Source: an uncultured Planctomycetota bacterium
Lineage (GTDB): Bacteria; Planctomycetota; Planctomycetia; Isosphaerales; Isosphaeraceae
Assembly: GCA_963823665.1 (NCBI GenBank)
Contig: CAWGMQ010000006.1
Span: 640,001 to 704,000, forward strand
Reading direction: 5' to 3'
DNA length: 64,000 bases
Shown piece after piece: positions 18,037 through 28,665 of this stretch. The position numbers and the translations under genes are program-made. Position 1 is the first letter of the stretch; each line of letters starts with the position of its first letter. The notes under the pieces were generated by a model, which was given only the letters and a program-made list of their open reading frames with translations, made no database searches and was not told where the DNA came from.

Positions 18037-19592
18037 TGGGGCACTCCGTCGTCTCGGCAGCCAGACCAGATCGTCCGGCCGGATTCGGCTGGCGCGCGTG
18101 CATTCTCCTCGCGGGCTTCCTCGCAGTTCTGGTGGCGCCGGGATGCGAACAGAAGCCGAAGAATGACTACAAAAGCGTGGACGAGCCGCCGGCCGTGCGC
18201 CTGGTCAAGCCGCAAGTCCGGACTATCGTTCGCACAGTCGCGCAGCCCAGCTTCGTGCAGAGCTTTGAGCGGTCGTCCGTCTTTCCGAAAATGAATGCGT
18301 ATATCCTCAAGTGGAATGTCGACATCGGCGACAAGGTGAAGAAGGGCGATGTGCTCGCCAACCTGTTTGTGCCGGAGCTAATTGCCGACCACCAGACGAA
18401 GCAGGCGATGGTCGTGCTCGACCGGGAGCGCATCGCGCTGGCCAAGGAGGTGGTGGAGGTGGCCAAGGCCGACGTCGAAGCGGCCGTTGCGCGGCTCGAG
18501 GAGGCCCGGGCTGAGCTCGCTGGCTATAAGGCCGAGGCCGAGCGCTGGGACTCGGAGGTCAAGCGGCTCGAAGCCGAGCTCAAAAGGGGTGTCGTCAATC
18601 CGCAGGATGTTCTTCAGACCACGAACCGATGGAAGGCGACAGTCGCCGCGCGGGATTCTGCCGGTGCGACCGTTTTGAAGGCGGATGCCGAGCTGCTCTC
18701 GCGGCGGTCTGCGCTCGCGAAGGCCGGGATCGGCGTGGACGTGGCGGAAGCCGCGCTGAAAGTGGCCCAAAGCGAGGAAAAGCGGCTTCAGGCGTGGGTC
18801 GACTATCTCGTCTTGCCCGCGCCGTACGACGGCATTATCGTCGGCCGCAACGCCAACACGTTCGACCTCGTCCTCCCTGCCAAGGGCGACCCGTCCGCAT
18901 TTTCGCATTCTCCGTTCCTGTCGCCCTCGGGTGCTTCCGCGCCGATCTACGTCGTCGACCGCACCGACATCGTTCGCGTTTTCGTCGATATACCCGAGCG
19001 CGATGCCAACTATGTTCAACAGGGCTCCAAGGCATCGGTGTTGATCAAGGCATTCCGCGACCTGCCGATCTCGGGCACGGTCACGCGCACGTCCTGGGCG
19101 CTGAACATCAAGAGCCGCACGCTTCGCGCCGAGATCGACCTGCCCAACACCAACAGCCAGATCCTGCCGGGGATGTACGCGTATGCCAGCGTGAAAATCG
19201 AGCGACCGGGCGTGTGGACGCTGCCCTTGTCAGCCCTCATGCACCAGGGCGACCGAACCATCCTGCAAGTCGGCGAAAAGGTGTTCTGCTGGGTGTACAA
19301 GGATGGACACGCAAGCCGCATCGAGATGGAAACGGGTGTCATCGGTGACCTCGACCCGGAGAGCGGCGACCAGTGGATCGAGGTCACCAATCGACGCGCC
19401 GCGGGCGCATCGCCGGGGTCATCCGCCGGCGGGCGCTGGACGCCGATTGACGGATCGGAGGACGTCATCCTGGGCGATCTGTCGACTCTCGCCGAAGGCA
19501 ATGCCGTCAAGGTCGCTCCGCCAGCCAAGACAAAGAAGGCTGGAGGCGAACCGCCCGATCGTCGAGCCAGGAAGAGCCAGGCGAAGAAGTGA
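18033..19592 (+). CDS. RND periplasmic adaptor (MFP2), lipoprotein
   Basis: VAPGC lipobox; same MFP motifs; overlaps the MFP1 stop. Confidence 0.93.
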   Translation: MMGHSVVSAARPDRPAGFGWRACILLAGFLAVLVAPGCEQKPKNDYKSVDEPPAVRLVKPQVRTIVRTVAQPSFVQSFERSSVFPKMNAYILKWNVDIGDKVKKGDVLANLFVPELIADHQTKQAMVVLDRERIALAKEVVEVAKADVEAAVARLEEARAELAGYKAEAERWDSEVKRLEAELKRGVVNPQDVLQTTNRWKATVAARDSAGATVLKADAELLSRRSALAKAGIGVDVAEAALKVAQSEEKRLQAWVDYLVLPAPYDGIIVGRNANTFDLVLPAKGDPSAFSHSPFLSPSGASAPIYVVDRTDIVRVFVDIPERDANYVQQGSKASVLIKAFRDLPISGTVTRTSWALNIKSRTLRAEIDLPNTNSQILPGMYAYASVKIERPGVWTLPLSALMHQGDRTILQVGEKVFCWVYKDGHASRIEMETGVIGDLDPESGDQWIEVTNRRAAGASPGSSAGGRWTPIDGSEDVILGDLSTLAEGNAVKVAPPAKTKKAGGEPPDRRARKSQAKK

Positions 19593-19606
19593 TTCCAGCC
19601 GGTGAT

Positions 19607-21336
19607 TCAGCGGGTCGCCGGCGGTGGCCCGTTGCGAACCGCTGGCAGGTAAGACGGTCGCTCGGTATCCACGGGGTCGACGTTGCCCGGGGGCCGGAGA
19701 TAAGTGATCTCCTTGGCGGGGTAACCGAGCGCGTGGAACAGCTCGAACTGGGCACGGTTGTAGTCGGCCACGGTCGTGAAATACTCGTCGAACGCCAGTT
19801 TCAGCAGCCTGAGCGCGTAAACCACTTCCTGGGGACGATAGACCAGGACGAGCGTATCGCCGAAGCGGGTGGTCTGGCGCAGGCCCTCGACGTTTCCGTT
19901 GAAGGCGCTCAAGCCCGTGCGCAGCGAGCGATCGGCCTGGCCCACCCGGGCGGTCGCGGACTGGAGATTTGCATAGGCCTCGGTGACTTCCGCCGCCACC
20001 ATATCCTGGAGCTTGAAGAGCTCGACGATGGTGTGCGACTGGTCGCCGCGCTGCTGCTTGATCCGCGCCAGGTTGCCGATCCCGAAGGCGTCGAGTTGCC
20101 AACTGAGCTGAAGGCTCACGTCCAGGCGACCGGTCCACTGATTGAGGCTGGAGTTGGGTCCGAGGCCGAAGATCCCGGCCTGGGTCATCATGCCGCCGGG
20201 GTCCTGGAAGCCGCCGATGATGACGAGGGGAAGGAACGGGCGCATCTTCTCGCGGCGGATCCGCTCCTGTGCGGCCTGGACTAGGGCACGCTGGGAGGCG
20301 ACGTCGGGGCGGTTGGCGAGCGCGATGCGATGCAAGTCGGGCAGCGGCAGGGCAGGGTCGATCAGGGTGAGCTGAAGATGATCGTGCTCGAGCGGGACGA
20401 CGACGGCGAGGGGGTTGAGGCGGAGCACCCGGGTCAGATTGGCGCTCGAGACGCGCCAGGCTTGACGCGCGGAGGTGGCTTCCTGCTCCAGGTGGGCGAG
20501 CAGGTTCCGGGCCCGCTCGACTTCGACGATCGGGACCAGCTCCTTGCTCAAGCTGGCGATTTGATCGACGAGCTCGCGCCGCGCTCGACACAGTAGAGCG
20601 CTGCGGTATACATGCCGCGGTGCTGGTGGACGCGAAAGTACGCATTGGCGGTCAAGAGCAGAGCGTCGTTCTTGGCGACCTGGACATCCCATTCTCGCGA
20701 ATTAAGCACCTGGCGCGCGACCAGCGGCTCGAAGTAGGCGTCAGTCAGATTCACGAACTGGAAGATGCCGGAGTTAGTGACATCGAGGCCGCCTCCGGCG
20801 TAGAAATAGTTGACGCTCGGCGCGGTCATGACGCCCTTGTTGAAGTCGGGGCCGCCGCCGTCGTGGCGGATGTAATCAGCGGCAAACGTCATCGTCGGGA
20901 TCCAAATCACCTTGGCCCGAGTGAGCTGTGCTTCCGCGACCCAGACACTGGCCTGGGCGGCCGCCACGATCAGCGGGCGAGCGTCGGAAAGCCGCAAGGC
21001 GGTGGCGAGGTTGATCGGAAATCCAACGTCGCTTGGTTCAAGCCGCGCGGGTTTCATTCGCGCGCCTTGGAGGTCCAATGCAGTCCGAGGTTGATCGGCA
21101 GCCAGGCCCGATCGCGGCAGCGGCTGCGGCATGTCCTGGACGCCGGGCCTCCATGGCCGTGGCGGGGGAATCGCCGCTCTCGAAGAAGCCGCCGGCCGGG
21201 CCGGCGGCGGAGGCAGATCAGTCGTCGACCCGGACGACTGCAGAGGCGCTGCCGGCTGGGCGTGGCAGGCAGGCGACTCGAACCAAGGAAGCGTCACGGC
21301 CGCAAGGGTGACCGTGAATCTGACGATTCGATCCAT
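19607..21336 (-). CDS. TolC-family outer membrane factor (OMF1), frameshift near 20580
   Basis: GGAGGAG RBS + MDRIVRF signal peptide; FPINLATALRL...; continues in ORF 19607-20692 to NGPPPATR; one base missing at GGC[C]GC relative to paralogues. Confidence 0.85.
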
Positions 21337-21457
21337 CGGTCGCGGCTCCTCCCCCCGTCCCTCCTGCTCGGAACCTGCCGCGCAGCGACTCAGGCCTGAC
21401 AGGACGTCAGATGAATTATCGGCTCGTGCCGATCTGGATGTTGATAACGAATGCTCT

Positions 21458-22204
21458 TTAGAAATGTCCCGCGAAATCCCGGCGCTGGGTCCGCGCATCG
21501 ACGATCTCATTGATCGAAGTATTAGGCAGACCAAGTTGCGCGCCCTTGCCCGTTTCATTGCCCTGACCAAACGCCACGATCCAGTTGAGAGTGCGGGCGA
21601 ACGTAGAAGGATTGTACTTGAGCCGGAGGAAGATGCCCGATGGTCCGGGTACGGCTGTGGATGACCTGCCGCCCAGGTTGAACTGGAATCCGCCCGCGAC
21701 GAAGGAGACGGCGTAATATTTTTTTGTAAGGACGTAGAAGGCGAGAATTTGCCCCGGCTTCCACTGCTGATCGCCTGCCAGAATGGGAAAGCCCGCGAAG
21801 GATCGGGGTTGGTTCGTCATTCGGACGGTGAAACCGTCGCTGGCAGTGAAGGTCTGTGCCGTGCCGTTCTTGACGGTGACAAAGGTGACGTTGTAAACCT
21901 GGCCGGGCACCGGTTTTTTGCCCTGGACAAGGACTTGCTGGAACGGAGGAACGAGCTTGTAGGGTGTCTGCCAGGGCGTGTTGGTGACGCGAAACGCGAG
22001 GTAGCCAAAGGCACCGGGCGTGTGCGGTTGACGATGGCGGCCCGCAAGCGCCGACACCGCCTGGCTCCCGGCGATGTCGGAGGCGAGCGAGTGAACATTT
22101 GACGGTTTCGCAGTACGTGGGGTGACTGCGCCGGCACTGAGCAGTTGTTTTGCTTCAAATCGTTCGAGCGCGGGACGGAACGTCGTGATTGAGCGGCGGC
22201 GCAC
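21458..22204 (-). CDS. Unknown putative exported protein X1 with planctomycete LEPR-XLL-like leader
   Basis: FRPALERFEAKQLLS leader; ~170-aa domain shared with X2 and X3. Confidence 0.85.
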   Translation of the reverse strand: MRRRSITTFRPALERFEAKQLLSAGAVTPRTAKPSNVHSLASDIAGSQAVSALAGRHRQPHTPGAFGYLAFRVTNTPWQTPYKLVPPFQQVLVQGKKPVPGQVYNVTFVTVKNGTAQTFTASDGFTVRMTNQPRSFAGFPILAGDQQWKPGQILAFYVLTKKYYAVSFVAGGFQFNLGGRSSTAVPGPSGIFLRLKYNPSTFARTLNWIVAFGQGNETGKGAQLGLPNTSINEIVDARTQRRDFAGHF

Positions 22205-22364
22205 GGATCGACCCCTCTTGAGCTCGGGAATTCACCAATCCCGCGTCTTCAATACGTCGGCACTTCACCCGCGTGGCGGGAGCGAGTGCGACGAGAGTCG
22301 CGGCATTTGGGGACGACCGAGCCAAGAACGCCGATTGTGTCAATCATTCATCATGAAGCATGGA

Positions 22365-24275
22365 TTAGCGTGTTGCCGGTGGCGGCCCATTGCCGACTGG
22401 CGGCAAGTAATCGGGCCGTGACGTATCCACCGGCACGACGGTACCCGGAGGCCGGACGTAGGTGATCTCGCGGGCAGGATAGCCGAGTGCGTGGAACAAC
22501 TCGAACTGGGCGCGGTTGTAGTCGGCGACGGTCGTGAAGTACTCGTCGAAGGAAATCTTGAGGAGCTGGAGAGCGAAGACGACTTCCTGGGGCCGGTTGA
22601 TGAGGACCAGGACCTCGCCAAAACGGGTGGTATGCTGGAGGCCCTCGAAGCTTCCGTTGAAGGTGGCAATGCCCGAGCGCAAGGCGCGCTCGGCCTGAGT
22701 GACCCTTGCCGCGGCCGACTGGAGATCCGCCTGCGCCTGGGTGACCTCGGCCGCAACCATGTCCTGGACCTTGAAGAAGTCGATGATCGCCTTGGATTGC
22801 TCGCCGCGCTGCTCCTTGATCCGTGCCAGGTTTCCAATACCGAGTCCTTCGAGCTGCCACATCAATTGCAGGCTGACGTCGTCGCGCCCGGTCCACTGGT
22901 TCAACTTGTTGTTGGTGCCGAAACCGAAGACCCCGGCTTGCATCAGTTCGTCGGGCGTCTGGAAGCCGTTGATCAAGACGGTTGGGAGGAGCATGCGACC
23001 CCTCTCGCGGCGGATTCGCTGCAGGGCCGCCTGAACGAGCGCCTGGTGGGATTCCAGCTCTGGGCGGTTGGTGAGCGCGACGATGTGCAGGTCGGGGAGG
23101 TCCCGGACGGGGTCAATCAAGGTGATCTGGAGATGATCGTGCTCGAGCGGGACGACCACCGCGCGGGGGTTGAGACGGAGAACGCGCGTGAGCCGGGCGC
23201 TCGAAACCCGCCACGCTTGCCGCGCCGCGGTGGCTTGCTGCTCGAGGTCGGCGAGGAGGTTGCGGGCGCGATCGACTTCGACGATGGGGACCAGCTCGTG
23301 GCTCAAGCTGGCGATTCGCTGGACCAAGTCGCGCCCGCGTGTGACACAGTAGAGGGCTCCTGCATACATCCCCCGGTGCTGGTGGACGTTGAAATAGGAT
23401 TCGGCGGTCATGAGCAGAGCATCGTTCTTGGCGGTCTGGATATCCCACTGGCGGGAATTCAGGTCCTGCCGCTTGACGAGGGGCTCGAAGAACACGTCGG
23501 TCAAGGCGACGATCTGCCACAGGCCGCCACCACCGTAGAAGAAATTGAGGCTTGGTGCGGTGAGCACGCCCTTGTTAAAGTCGGGTCCGCCGCCGTCATG
23601 CCGGATATAATCGCCGCCCATGTTGAGCTCGGGCACCCACAGGACCTTGGCCCGGGTGAGCTGCGCTTCGGCCACCCACACACTGGCCTGGGCGGCGGCC
23701 ACGATCAGAGGCCTGGCGTCGGAAAGCCGCAAGGCGGTGGCGAGGTTGATGGGAAACTCGAGGTCAGAGGGCTCCAGCGGCGCGGGCTTGAGCTGCGAGG
23801 TGAGGTTTGCGGAGCTGGAATCGAAGGCTGCAGGCGACGTTGTGCCAGATTCGCCCGGCACTTGCACGTTCCTCGGTGCCGGCAGGAAGGTGTGCAGGAA
23901 CGGGGGCGCGGGCACCGGCCATTCGCTCGGCAGGCGCATCGGGCGTGCCGCCAGCAGTTGCCCCCCGGCAGCCTCTGGAGGTGACCGGAATTCGCTGGGA
24001 AGTCGAATGGAGTGCAGCGCCAGCACCGGCACGTCGGGCGCGAGCGCCTCCGACACCGGCGCGACGGCTACTCGCGTCGTTCGAAACGGAAGTGGTGCGG
24101 GCACGCGGTGACCGGGCACCGGAGTCGCCGCCCCAGGCGGAGGCGAGAGCGGCGACTGGCCCGGTGATGTCGATGGCGGCCCGGCGGGCTGTGTCTGAGC
24201 CGCGCACAACGCGGGCAGAGCCCATACGAGCAGCATGGCCGTGCCCGGAATCCATCGCGGCGCAGGTCGTTCCAT
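22365..24275 (-). CDS. TolC-family outer membrane factor (OMF2), intact, with long Pro-rich N-terminal linker
   Basis: GAGG RBS + MERPAPRW signal peptide; two OEP-like halves; ends NGPPPATR. Confidence 0.9.
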   Translation of the reverse strand: MERPAPRWIPGTAMLLVWALPALCAAQTQPAGPPSTSPGQSPLSPPPGAATPVPGHRVPAPLPFRTTRVAVAPVSEALAPDVPVLALHSIRLPSEFRSPPEAAGGQLLAARPMRLPSEWPVPAPPFLHTFLPAPRNVQVPGESGTTSPAAFDSSSANLTSQLKPAPLEPSDLEFPINLATALRLSDARPLIVAAAQASVWVAEAQLTRAKVLWVPELNMGGDYIRHDGGGPDFNKGVLTAPSLNFFYGGGGLWQIVALTDVFFEPLVKRQDLNSRQWDIQTAKNDALLMTAESYFNVHQHRGMYAGALYCVTRGRDLVQRIASLSHELVPIVEVDRARNLLADLEQQATAARQAWRVSSARLTRVLRLNPRAVVVPLEHDHLQITLIDPVRDLPDLHIVALTNRPELESHQALVQAALQRIRRERGRMLLPTVLINGFQTPDELMQAGVFGFGTNNKLNQWTGRDDVSLQLMWQLEGLGIGNLARIKEQRGEQSKAIIDFFKVQDMVAAEVTQAQADLQSAAARVTQAERALRSGIATFNGSFEGLQHTTRFGEVLVLINRPQEVVFALQLLKISFDEYFTTVADYNRAQFELFHALGYPAREITYVRPPGTVVPVDTSRPDYLPPVGNGPPPATR

Positions 24276-24398
24276 CAGACTCACCTCTTCCCTCTTGGAC
24301 AGCGCGGTGCTTCGATCAGCCGCGCCGAGCTGGCCGGATATTCCTGATTGATCGGCTAATCGGGGTAGGGAGGATGATCCGAAACATGGTTCACTCCG

Positions 24399-24521
24399 CC
24401 GAGCCCGGTTTTCGACTCGCACCGCGCGCGGGCACGGCTGCGCTAATTGTAGGGTGGGTGAAACCCACCGATTACTCGTCCGAGCCCAGATTTCGAGCGA
24501 TACCGCGAGCGGGCACGGCTG
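24399..24521. repeat. Two imperfect 42-bp direct repeats flanking a GTAG-type REP-like hairpin (24449-24469)
   Basis: 24399-24440 vs 24480-24521, about 34/42 identical; GTAG-GGTGGGT-GAA-ACCCACC perfect 7-bp stem. Confidence 0.75.
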
Positions 24522-24665
24522 AATGGGCACAAATGATCAGTATCGTCACATTTCGGGTAATCCCGTACACCGCGAAATGCCGATGAATCGATAAATCCGG
24601 CTCATGCGGAGCGGTCGCTACCACCGTCACTGCGTTCGATTGCCTGTTCATGGAGAGGGGTGTGC

Positions 24666-26393
24666 ATGATGGAACGGTCGACCCGGGCATCGACGATCGT
24701 GATCGCCGTTCTGATACTCTGGATCGCGCCGGCAATGTGTTTGGCGCGACAACAGTCGCCGGCGTCAACCGCCTCGCCGATACCCCAACCTCGGCCCTGG
24801 CCGGGTACGAGCTCGACGCCAGTTCAGGCGCAGCCTCGCCCTTCTCCAACCACGCCCGCGACGCCCGCCGTCCAACCTGGACGCGCCCAAGGGGCCGGGA
24901 CGTTGCCAAGCCCCCTGCTGGAACGTCCGCCTATCACCGGGGAGCGCGAAGCGCTGGACATTGTAAGGATCAAGCCGGCGCCGCTGGAGCCGACAGACTT
25001 CCGCTTTCCGATCAATCTGGCCACCGCATTGCGTCTTGCCGACGCCCGGCCGCTGATCGTGGCCGCCGCACAGGCGACAGTCTGGGTTGCCGAGGCGCAG
25101 CTCACCCGGGCCAAGGTGATCTGGGTTCCCATGCTCAACGTGGGCTTCGACTATACGCGACACGACGGCGGCGGCCCGGACTTCAACAAGGGCATCATGA
25201 CCGCGCCGAGCGTGAACTTCTTCTACGGCGGCGGTGGATTGATCGCGAACGTCCCCCTGACCGACGCCTACTTCGCGCCCCTGGTCGCGCGGCAGATCTT
25301 GAACGCCCAGCACGCGACCATCCAGACCGCCAAGAACGACGCTTTGCAGATGACAGCCGACACCTACTTCCTCGTCCATCAATTCAGGGGACAGTATGCG
25401 GGCGCCCTCTACTGCGTTGAGCGAGGCCACGACCTGGTCGAGCGCATCAGACAGTTGAGCCGCGAGTTCGTCCCCACGGTCGAGGTGGATCGGGCCCGGA
25501 ACTTGGTCGCGGACCTCGAGCAGCAGGCCACCTCTGCGCGAATCGTGGCGCGTCCAGAGCGCCGACCTCACGCAAGTCTTGCGGCTTGATCCCCGCGCGG
25601 TCGTCGTGCCGCTGGAGCACGATCACCTCCAGATCACCTTGCTGGACCCCGCCCGGACGCTGGACGACCTGATCCCAATCGGCCTGATGAATCGCCCAGA
25701 GCTGGCCGCGAACCGGGCGTTCGTAGAGGCGGTGGCCCAGCGGATCCGCCAGGAGAAGGGGCGCATGCTCCTTCCCAGCATCCTGCTCAACGGCTTTCAA
25801 ACCCCGTACGAGCTGATCCAGGCGGGGATTTTCGGCATGGGCACCAACAGCAACCTCAACCAGTGGGTAGGCCGTGACGATTTCAGCGTTCAGCCCCTCT
25901 GGCAGCTCGAAGCCTGTGGGATCGGCAACCTCGCGCGGATCAAGGAGCAGCGCGGCGAGCAGTCGCGGGCCATCATCGAGCTTTTCATGACGCAGGACCG
26001 GGTCGCGGGCGACGTGACCCGGGCGCAGGCCCGCCTCCAGTCGGCAACGGCACGCGTGAGCCAGGCCGATCGCGCTTGCGCACGGCTGTTATCACTTTCA
26101 ACGGGAACTTCGAGGGCCTGCGCCAGAGCACCCGCCTGGGGAATGTGTTGGTCCTGGTGAACCGCCCTCAAGAGGTGGTCTTCGCACTCCAGCTCATGAA
26201 GCTCGCCTTCGACGACTACTTCCAGACGGTTGCCGACTACAACCGGGCGCAGTTCGAGTTGTTCCGTGCGCTGGGCTACCCCGCACGCGAGCTCGCCTAC
26301 TTGCACCCGCCCGGCGAAGTCCAGCCGGTGAACACAGAGCGGCCTGACTATCTGCCCCCAGTCGGCAATGGGCCGCCCCCGGCAACCCGCTGA
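24666..26393 (+). CDS. TolC-family outer membrane factor (OMF3), frameshifts near 25540 and 26075
   Basis: ORFs 24660-25589, 25579-26160 and 26076-26393 tile one paralogue of OMF2; ends NGPPPATR. Confidence 0.85.
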
Positions 26394-26627
26394 CGCAAAC
26401 ACCTGGCCTCCCCCACGGCCAACTCTCTTTTTCGCCAAAGCCTCTCTGGCTTACTCAAGCTGCGCTATCCCGTTCTTTGCATTGAGCCAGCACCAGCAAG
26501 ATTTTGTGATATATCAAGATAAGCGTAGCATAACGTTGCCCGACCTCGGGACGCCGGGGCGGGCCTCAAGGAGGTATTACGCCGAGTCTCACGCACAGAG
26601 ACTCTGCATTGAACGAGGGATTCACCG

Positions 26628-27524
26628 ATGTCGTCGACCTTGCCATGCGCGCGCAGATTCTCGATCGTGGCGCTTTCAATGGTTCTGGCCAGTTGCTCAC
26701 TCGCTGGAAAGTCGGCGATGGCTCAGGACGTCGGTGTAAGCCCGGGCTTTTTCCAGCAGCACGTGACGACCGACGGCACCTTGAGCTACGGCGGAGACGA
26801 GATCTATTCGGGATACCCGGGCTTCGGTCTCAGGTTTCACCCCGGGTATGGGTACGGAGGTAAAGCCCTCGGCACAGGGGCCGTGGGCGGCTACCCGTTC
26901 TATGGCGGGCCCGGCTACCCGCACCCTGCGCCCGTGCTGAGAAGGTGCGGCGGAATCACTCCGTTTCTGTTTTATGGCGGCCCCGACTATCCGCGTTTTG
27001 GCTACAGCAATTACTTCACCGAGGTCGGCCCGCTTGTCGTCCCCCATCCGGTCGCTCTACAAACCACGGGTCATGACCAGGCCCATGCCGCCGGCAGCGC
27101 CGTTTATCCCTACAATATTGGGTACGGACCGTATACAGGGGTCCTTCCTTATCCCGAGAGTTTCTTCGCACCTTACACGGCCGCGGCCGCGACAAGCGGA
27201 TCATCGGCCGCAATCCCGGCCCTCTCTCCGAGCGTAACAAGTAGTCCCGCTCCAGTCCCCAATCTTGGGATCGACGAGGAATCCGTCGTCGACCCCGATG
27301 GTGTGCGTGCAGTCAAGGTCGCGCGTGTCTATCCTGGGACCGCGGCGGAAACCGCCGGCTTGAGGCCAGGCGACGTGATCCGCTCAATCAACGGCTATCG
27401 CACCGAAGAGCCCGGAAACTTGGCCTGGATCATCATCAACAAGGCGCCCGACAAGGTTCTGACAATCAACGTGCGCACCGCGACCGACGGTCAAGCGCAC
27501 ACAATCACGGCCAAGCTGCCATAA
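26628..27524 (+). CDS. Signal-peptide protein with Gly/Tyr/Pro-rich region and C-terminal PDZ domain
   Basis: Signal ending AMA-QD; GYGYGG/GYPFYGGPGYP repeats; LGI...VKVARVYPGTAAETAGLRPGDVIRSING PDZ motif. Confidence 0.88.
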   Translation: MSSTLPCARRFSIVALSMVLASCSLAGKSAMAQDVGVSPGFFQQHVTTDGTLSYGGDEIYSGYPGFGLRFHPGYGYGGKALGTGAVGGYPFYGGPGYPHPAPVLRRCGGITPFLFYGGPDYPRFGYSNYFTEVGPLVVPHPVALQTTGHDQAHAAGSAVYPYNIGYGPYTGVLPYPESFFAPYTAAAATSGSSAAIPALSPSVTSSPAPVPNLGIDEESVVDPDGVRAVKVARVYPGTAAETAGLRPGDVIRSINGYRTEEPGNLAWIIINKAPDKVLTINVRTATDGQAHTITAKLP

Positions 27525-27642
27525 CCAGGAAGTGATGGTGCGGTCCTACGCTAGGAAGGAGTGGTGTCAAGTCGGGCGAAATGCCGACATATAGGAATTG
27601 TAACGCCCGTATCTTCTCGCGGGCCAAGTAGGAGTTTCATTC

Positions 27643-28428
27643 ATGCATGGACGCGCGTCGTTGAAACTCCGTCCCGGTCTCGAGCGACTCGAAGCGAAGC
27701 AACTGCTCAGCGCCGGTACGCAGGCGAGCCATGTCGCGCAGCTCGAGAAGAGGCACTCGGCGGTCGTGGCCCGGCACACGGCCGCGACACCCACTTCCGC
27801 CACGGCCGCCAGCGAGAGCCTCGCGACAGACACGCCTGGGCCGGCAACCGCGGTTCACCGGCCGCGACAACAGCTACCTCGTACGTTCCTCGGCTACCGC
27901 ATTACCAACCCGACAATGCTCAAGCCGATCCGCCTGATTCCTCCGTTCGGCCAGGTCCTGGTGCAAACCGTGCAACCAAAGCCCGGTCAAACATACAACG
28001 TACTCGACGTGGTCGTGCAGAACGGGTCGGGGCAGACATTCACCGCGAAGAACAACTTTACCGTAAGATTCCCCAATAGACCCGGAGCCCCTCTTTTCCC
28101 GGTCCTCACGGGTAACGAGAAGTGGCTACCCCATCACTGGATCGTGTTCTACGTTCTGACCAAGCAGTACTATCCCCTTACGCAGATTCAGGGGGGTTTC
28201 CAGTTCGACCTGGGCGGCAGGAGCACAACCCTCGTGCCCGGACCATCAGCCATTTATCTCCGGATCAAATATAATCCGGCGACGTTCGCCCGCACACTGA
28301 ATCACATCGTCGCCTTTGGCCCGGGCACACAGTACGGCACCGGCCCGCCGTTTGGCCTACCTACGACAAATATTAACCGGATCGTCTCCGGAAGTACCCT
28401 CAGGCGCGACTATGGCGGCCATTTCTGA
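27643..28428 (+). CDS. Unknown putative exported protein X2 (paralogue of X1)
   Basis: AGGAG RBS; LRPGLERLEAKQLLS leader; shared domain; ends RRDYGGHF like X1 RRDFAGHF. Confidence 0.85.
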   Translation: MHGRASLKLRPGLERLEAKQLLSAGTQASHVAQLEKRHSAVVARHTAATPTSATAASESLATDTPGPATAVHRPRQQLPRTFLGYRITNPTMLKPIRLIPPFGQVLVQTVQPKPGQTYNVLDVVVQNGSGQTFTAKNNFTVRFPNRPGAPLFPVLTGNEKWLPHHWIVFYVLTKQYYPLTQIQGGFQFDLGGRSTTLVPGPSAIYLRIKYNPATFARTLNHIVAFGPGTQYGTGPPFGLPTTNINRIVSGSTLRRDYGGHF

Positions 28429-28665
28429 TCGCCCTCCAGGTGAGACGCTTGTTTGGGCGAACCGCCCCGTGCGCCGGGGCCCTGGCCGCCAGGCGGCCGC
28501 TCAAAGCGCCCGCCCGACAGGATGATAGAGGCGGGACCGTTAAAATCGATGCATTCTTCATCAACATCACCACTGCGACAAACCGATTAAACCTGAGTCC
28601 CGTCAAAATCTCGATTCCGCGGTGTGGGTATTGTTCACCGGGGCTCACGGGAGGAAGCTCGCCCG

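Noticed and set aside
22491..23984. 497-aa plus-strand ORF (similarly 19419-20645, 54557-55744, 55745-57427)
   Set aside because: Antisense or alternate-frame shadows of real genes, typical of high-GC DNA.
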